Source of the DNA: Chitinophaga pinensis
Lineage (GTDB): Bacteria; Bacteroidota; Bacteroidia; NS11-12g; UBA9320
Assembly: GCA_945890595.1 (NCBI GenBank)
Contig: CAMDCQ010000001.1
Span: forward strand, 1-42,176
Reading direction: 5' to 3'
DNA length: 42,176 nt
Positions 38,780 through 42,176 of the stretch are shown in pieces (the first letter of the stretch is position 1; the number at the start of each line of letters is the position of its first letter). Position numbers and translations under genes: made by a program. Under the pieces are notes generated by a model. It was not told the DNA's origin and made no database searches. It saw only the letters and a program-made list of their open reading frames with translations.

Positions 38780-38888
38780 CTTTCTTAGAATTGAGTTTGA
38801 TATAAAAATAAGTACATGGTCAGTACTTATAAGTGTTGTTTTTTCCTCGTGTTGTGATGATTGTGCGGATTACCCATCTACACCCATA

Positions 38889-39230
38889 TTGCAATTAGAT
38901 ACCTCGCTGCAAAGGGGATTTAGTTCTTCTGAAATAGGAAATCTATTCTTAGTTACACATCGAACTAATGCTGCAAAAGATACTCAACCGCTCTATATGA
39001 CCTCAATATGGTATGGCACAATAGGTGCTTGGCAACTTAACCTTAACGAAAGTTCAACTAATTCTCAATACGAAGTAATATGGGATGATTCTGTCATTGC
39101 CCTTCTCGAAGAGCCCTTGTTCATTAATACAACAGGGAAAGGAATATGTTCTTGTGATGAGACAGAACTAAGCTCTGTTCACCTTAATGGAGTGCTTAAA
39201 AGCAGGGATGAACTTCCCGTACTCATTTAG
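38889..39230 (+). CDS. Hypothetical small protein, possibly a lipoprotein whose true N-terminus lies upstream (open frame from 38760)
   Basis: 113-aa ORF from the first TTG, with no family recognised. The same frame upstream reads ...DIKISTWSVLISVVFSSCCDDCADYPSTPI, which is signal peptide plus lipobox-like, but contains no ATG/GTG/TTG. Coding status is unproven. Confidence 0.35.
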   Translation: MQLDTSLQRGFSSSEIGNLFLVTHRTNAAKDTQPLYMTSIWYGTIGAWQLNLNESSTNSQYEVIWDDSVIALLEEPLFINTTGKGICSCDETELSSVHLNGVLKSRDELPVLI

Positions 39231-39318
39231 AAAAAGTAGATATTTTACCAATAAGATGTTAATTTTTTGCTGAAGTAAACGAAACTTAAACTTAATTACT
39301 TTTGCACCAGTGGAAAAT

Positions 39319-39642
39319 ATGATAACCATACACGTCACAGATTTAGACGGGGTAACGCACAGCATCTTAGCTCCTACCGACATGGGATTCAATGTAATGG
39401 AGGCTATACGAGCAAATGAATTGCCTATCAAGGCTACGTGTGGCGGAATGGCCATGTGCGCTACTTGCAATTGCACGGTAAAAAGCGATCACCATTTGCC
39501 CGAAATGAGCGAGGATGAAGAAGCTATGTTAGACGAAGCATTTGTGTTGGATATACCAGGCAGCAGGTTAATGTGTCAAATCTTCGTTTCAGAAGCTATT
39601 GACGGACTCGAAATCCAAATGGGTGAATTGACAGGAGAATAA
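39319..39642 (+). CDS. 2Fe-2S ferredoxin (adrenodoxin/putidaredoxin type)
   Basis: CGGMAMCATC (Cx5CxxC) plus a distal Cys in SRLMCQI, in about 108 aa. ATG 39319 (MITIHVTD...) is preferred; the tracked GTG 39310 is possible. Confidence 0.85.
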   Translation: MITIHVTDLDGVTHSILAPTDMGFNVMEAIRANELPIKATCGGMAMCATCNCTVKSDHHLPEMSEDEEAMLDEAFVLDIPGSRLMCQIFVSEAIDGLEIQMGELTGE

Positions 39643-39646
39643 TACC

Positions 39647-40141
39647 ATGCAAACGGTTCAAATTAGAGAAGCTTTGGTTGAAGATATTCAGCAAATTCTG
39701 GACATTTACAATCATTACATTCAACATACCGTAATCACTTTTGATGTAGAGGCTTATTCTTTTGAGCAAATGTCAAACAAGATATCACTGCTTCAAAAAG
39801 ATTACCCAGTACTTGTGGCACACCAAGATGACCATATCGTGGGATATGCGTACGCTTCCGCATGGAAAACGAAAACGGCCTATAAGCACAGCGCAGAGAC
39901 TACTATATATATACACCCCAATTATCACGGAAAAGGAATTGGCTTGCGACTCTATAATGCATTATTGACATCCTTACCTCTTTTTGAAATTGTGAATGCA
40001 ATAGCATGTATTACTATACCCAATGACGGCAGCATCCGATTACATGAAAAACTAGGTTTTTTCAAGATAGGGAAGTTTGACAAAGTAGGATTTAAACATG
40101 CGCAATGGATTGACGTTGAATATTGGCAAAAACAAGTTTAA
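39647..40141 (+). CDS. GNAT-family N-acetyltransferase (phosphinothricin/MSO acetyltransferase-like)
   Basis: IREALVEDIQQILDIYNHYIQHTVITF... and HPNYHGKGIGLRLYNALL (acetyl-CoA binding Q/RxxGxG/A-type motif). 164 aa, 4 nt after the ferredoxin gene. Confidence 0.8.
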   Translation: MQTVQIREALVEDIQQILDIYNHYIQHTVITFDVEAYSFEQMSNKISLLQKDYPVLVAHQDDHIVGYAYASAWKTKTAYKHSAETTIYIHPNYHGKGIGLRLYNALLTSLPLFEIVNAIACITIPNDGSIRLHEKLGFFKIGKFDKVGFKHAQWIDVEYWQKQV

Positions 40142-40207
40142 AATAACCTACCGAATCGAGCTTAAAAATTCATTTTTAAGAAACTTTCATATTTTCTTTT
40201 GAAATAT

Positions 40208-40237
40208 TTGAAAAATAAGTACAAAAAGGTACATTTG
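40208..40237 (+). promoter_or_regulatory. Putative sigma-A promoter of rplM-rpsI-rpsB-tsf
   Basis: TTG-aaaaataagtacaaaaagg(19 nt)-TACATTTG, an exact TTG-N19-TAnnTTTG fit. It ends 34 nt upstream of the rplM GTG. Confidence 0.55.
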
Positions 40238-40271
40238 CAGCCCGAAATTTTCGAGGTAATAACATAATAAA

Positions 40272-40715
40272 GTGGATACATTATCATACAAAACCATCTC
40301 AGCTAACGCTAAAACTGTAGACAAACAGTGGGTTGTAGTTGACGCAGAAGGAAAAACATTAGGTCGTTTTTGTTCTGAAGTAGCAAAAGTACTTAGAGGC
40401 AAAAACAAGACTAGTTTCACACCACACGTAGATTGTGGCGACAATGTAATTGTTCTAAACGCAGAGAAAATTACCATGACTGGTAATAAATTGAACGTTA
40501 AAGAATATCAAAACTTCAGTGGATACCCTGGGGGTCGTCGTGTTGAAATAGCTAAAGATTTATTAGCTAGAAAACCAAAAGACCTTATTGAAAGAGGTGT
40601 TCGTGGCATGTTGCCTAAGAACAGACTTGGACGAAAATTATTTACAAACATGCATGTGTTTGTAGGTACTGAGCATCCTCATGAGGCTCAAAAACCAACC
40701 AAATTAGACATTTAA
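40272..40715 (+). CDS. rplM: 50S ribosomal protein L13
   Basis: MDTLSYKTISANAKTVDKQWVVVDAEGKTLGR...GMLPKNRLGR is the L13 signature. GTG start. Confidence 0.97.
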   Translation: MDTLSYKTISANAKTVDKQWVVVDAEGKTLGRFCSEVAKVLRGKNKTSFTPHVDCGDNVIVLNAEKITMTGNKLNVKEYQNFSGYPGGRRVEIAKDLLARKPKDLIERGVRGMLPKNRLGRKLFTNMHVFVGTEHPHEAQKPTKLDI

Positions 40716-40719
40716 TTAT

Positions 40720-41106
40720 ATGGACGTTATAAATACAATTGGGAGAAGAAAAGCATCAGTAGCTCGTGTATACATGAGTGAAGGTAAAGGTACTATTACG
40801 GTGAATAACAGACCGTTAGAAAAGTACTTTGCTTCTCCAGAGTCATGGTACTATGTTAATTTACCGTTGCAAACTTGCAACATGGAAGGTAAATATGACA
40901 TAAAGGTAAACGTAGATGGTGGTGGAACTACCGGCCAAGCAGATGCTATCAAACTTGCTATCGCAAGAGCTTTAGTAAAAGCTGATGCCGATTTGAAACC
41001 AGCATTAAAAGCAAAAGGTTTAATGACAAGAGATTCTCGTTCTGTTGAGCGTAAGAAACCAGGTCAACCAAAAGCAAGAAAGAAAACACAATTCAGTAAA
41101 CGTTAA
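40720..41106 (+). CDS. rpsI: 30S ribosomal protein S9
   Basis: GRRKASVARVYM...GGGTTGQADAIKLAIARAL...RDSRSVERKKPGQPKARKKTQFSKR is the S9 signature. Confidence 0.97.
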   Translation: MDVINTIGRRKASVARVYMSEGKGTITVNNRPLEKYFASPESWYYVNLPLQTCNMEGKYDIKVNVDGGGTTGQADAIKLAIARALVKADADLKPALKAKGLMTRDSRSVERKKPGQPKARKKTQFSKR

Positions 41107-41110
41107 GACC

Positions 41111-41878
41111 ATGGCAGTAAGTACAGAAAAATTATTAGAAGCAGGTGTACACTTTGGTCACCTTACCAGCAAATGGAATCCAAAAATGGCTCCCTATATT
41201 TTTATGGAGCAAAATGGTATTCACATTATTGATCTTAACAAAACTTCAGCTAAGTTAGAAGAAGCTAAACAAGCCATTGCTAATATCGCCAAAACAGGAC
41301 GAAAAGTAATGTATGTAGCTACTAAAAAACAAGCTAAAGAAATATTGGAAGAGAACGCAAAAAGAGTAAACATGCCTTTCGTAAGCCAAAGATGGTTGGG
41401 TGGTATGTTAACTAACTTTGCTACCGTGCGTAAGTCTATCAAGAAAATGCAATCTATCGAAAAAATGAAAAGCGATGGAACTTTCCAAAACATGAATAAG
41501 AAAGAGCGTTTGATGAAATCTCGTGACCAAGAAAAATTGGAACGTGTATTAGGCGGTATCGAAGACTTGAACAGAATTCCTTCTGCACTTTTCATTGTAG
41601 ATATCAAAAGAGAGCATATTGCAGTTAAAGAAGCTCAAAAGCTAAATATTCCAATATTTGCTATTGTAGATACCAATTCTGATCCTACTAAAGTGGATTT
41701 CCCAATCCCAGGAAACGATGACTCTGCAAAATCACTTCACATCCTTATCACTGAAATTACCGATGCTATCGCTTCTGGTTTGGCTGAGAGAAACCAAGCT
41801 AAAGAACAGGCTCAAAAAGACGGTGAAGTAGATGCTGCGGGTATAGAAGCGTCTAAAGCTGAAAAAGAAGAAGCATAG
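41111..41878 (+). CDS. rpsB: 30S ribosomal protein S2
   Basis: MAVSTEKLLEAGVHFGHLTSKWNPKMAPYIF is the canonical S2 N-terminus. Start set at ATG 41111; the tracked start at 41045 would overlap rpsI by 62 nt. Confidence 0.97.
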   Translation: MAVSTEKLLEAGVHFGHLTSKWNPKMAPYIFMEQNGIHIIDLNKTSAKLEEAKQAIANIAKTGRKVMYVATKKQAKEILEENAKRVNMPFVSQRWLGGMLTNFATVRKSIKKMQSIEKMKSDGTFQNMNKKERLMKSRDQEKLERVLGGIEDLNRIPSALFIVDIKREHIAVKEAQKLNIPIFAIVDTNSDPTKVDFPIPGNDDSAKSLHILITEITDAIASGLAERNQAKEQAQKDGEVDAAGIEASKAEKEEA

Positions 41879-41924
41879 TCCAACAGACTTTTTATTTTAA
41901 AACAACACACTCAATAATAGAATA

Positions 41925-42176
41925 ATGACAACTATTACAGCGTCTGTAGTTAACAAACTTAGACAAATGACAGGAGCCGGTATGATGGATTGCAAAAAAG
42001 CTTTGCAAGAAGCAGAAGGCGACATCGATGCTGCTATCGATATACTTAGAAAAAGTGGAGCTGCTAAAGCTGCAAAAAGAGCGGATAGAGACGCTGCAGA
42101 AGGCCTTTCTATCGCTAAATCTTCTGCTGACAATACCTATGGTATTGTTGTGGAGGTAAATTGTGAAACTGACTTC
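41925..42176 (+). CDS. tsf: Elongation factor Ts, 3' partial in window
   Basis: Not in the ORF track (runs off the window). ATG 41925 gives [60 protein letters not shown]..., the UBA-like N-domain of EF-Ts, downstream of rpsB. Confidence 0.95.
   Translation, partial: MTTITASVVNKLRQMTGAGMMDCKKALQEAEGDIDAAIDILRKSGAAKAAKRADRDAAEGLSIAKSSADNTYGIVVEVNCETDF

Noticed and set aside
38816-38857. ATG-initiated mini-ORF MVSTYKCCFFLVL* as the real start of ORF 38889 via a frameshift in the T6 run (38839..38844)
   Set aside because: Removing one T gives MVSTYKCCFSSCCDDC..., which lacks a hydrophobic core. The uninterrupted frame already encodes a much better signal peptide (KISTWSVLISVVFSSC). The frameshift model is therefore less parsimonious, though an indel error cannot be excluded without reads.
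39168-39476. 102-aa minus-strand ORF
   Set aside because: It overlaps the 2Fe-2S ferredoxin gene in antisense and bridges an intergenic region. It has no recognisable features.
41045-41110. Tracked rpsB start at 41045, overlapping rpsI by 62 nt
   Set aside because: The canonical S2 N-terminus (MAVSTEKLLEAGVHFGH) starts at ATG 41111, 4 nt after the rpsI stop. The upstream part is just the alternative frame of rpsI.
1-42176. Search for CRISPR repeats, IS elements or inverted terminal repeats, integrases, phage or defence genes
   Set aside because: No direct-repeat arrays and no transposase-, integrase- or nuclease/ATPase-type orphan ORFs are present. Every ORF over 100 aa not dismissed above is either a recognisable housekeeping or transport gene or an isolated uncharacterised ORF (2640..3542 and 38889..39230, both flagged in the findings). 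A repeat search by eye is limited, so a self-dot-plot would be decisive.

Overview
AT-rich chromosomal core region with Bacteroidota (Flavobacteriia-type) hallmarks: SusC/SusD genes, a T9SS C-terminal sorting domain, TTG-N19-TAnnTTTG promoters, no obvious Shine-Dalgarno sites, and Bacteroidota-typical DUF genes. Nearly every long ORF is a recognisable housekeeping gene. In order these are: str operon (rpsL-rpsG-fusA), bshB1, recO, lipA, fsa, uvrA, leuS, uppP, apaG, recR, an arginine decarboxylase plus deoxyhypusine-synthase-like pair, fahA, a class A PBP, an RRM protein, an aldehyde dehydrogenase, murA, grpE-dnaJ, murQ, a 2Fe-2S ferredoxin, a GNAT and rplM-rpsI-rpsB-tsf. The only accessory-looking locus is a four-gene SusC/SusD/two-lipoprotein operon (27557..33452) with no linked enzyme or regulator. 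I found no CRISPR array, transposase, integrase, phage gene, toxin-antitoxin pair or recognisable defence island, and no convincing new multi-gene system. Points worth a second look: (1) uvrA and a small lipoprotein-like ORF both have sensible N-termini upstream of any ATG/GTG/TTG, each with an in-frame ATA-AAA-ATA; (2) an SRP RNA with its own consensus promoter, invisible to the ORF track; (3) the orphan BT2261-2264-like SusCD module; (4) MurA with Asp at the fosfomycin-target Cys position; (5) DnaJ with only one of the two zinc centres; (6) a polyamine gene pair with a palindrome at its start. All family assignments come from reading motifs by eye and from memory of the families; no searches were run.
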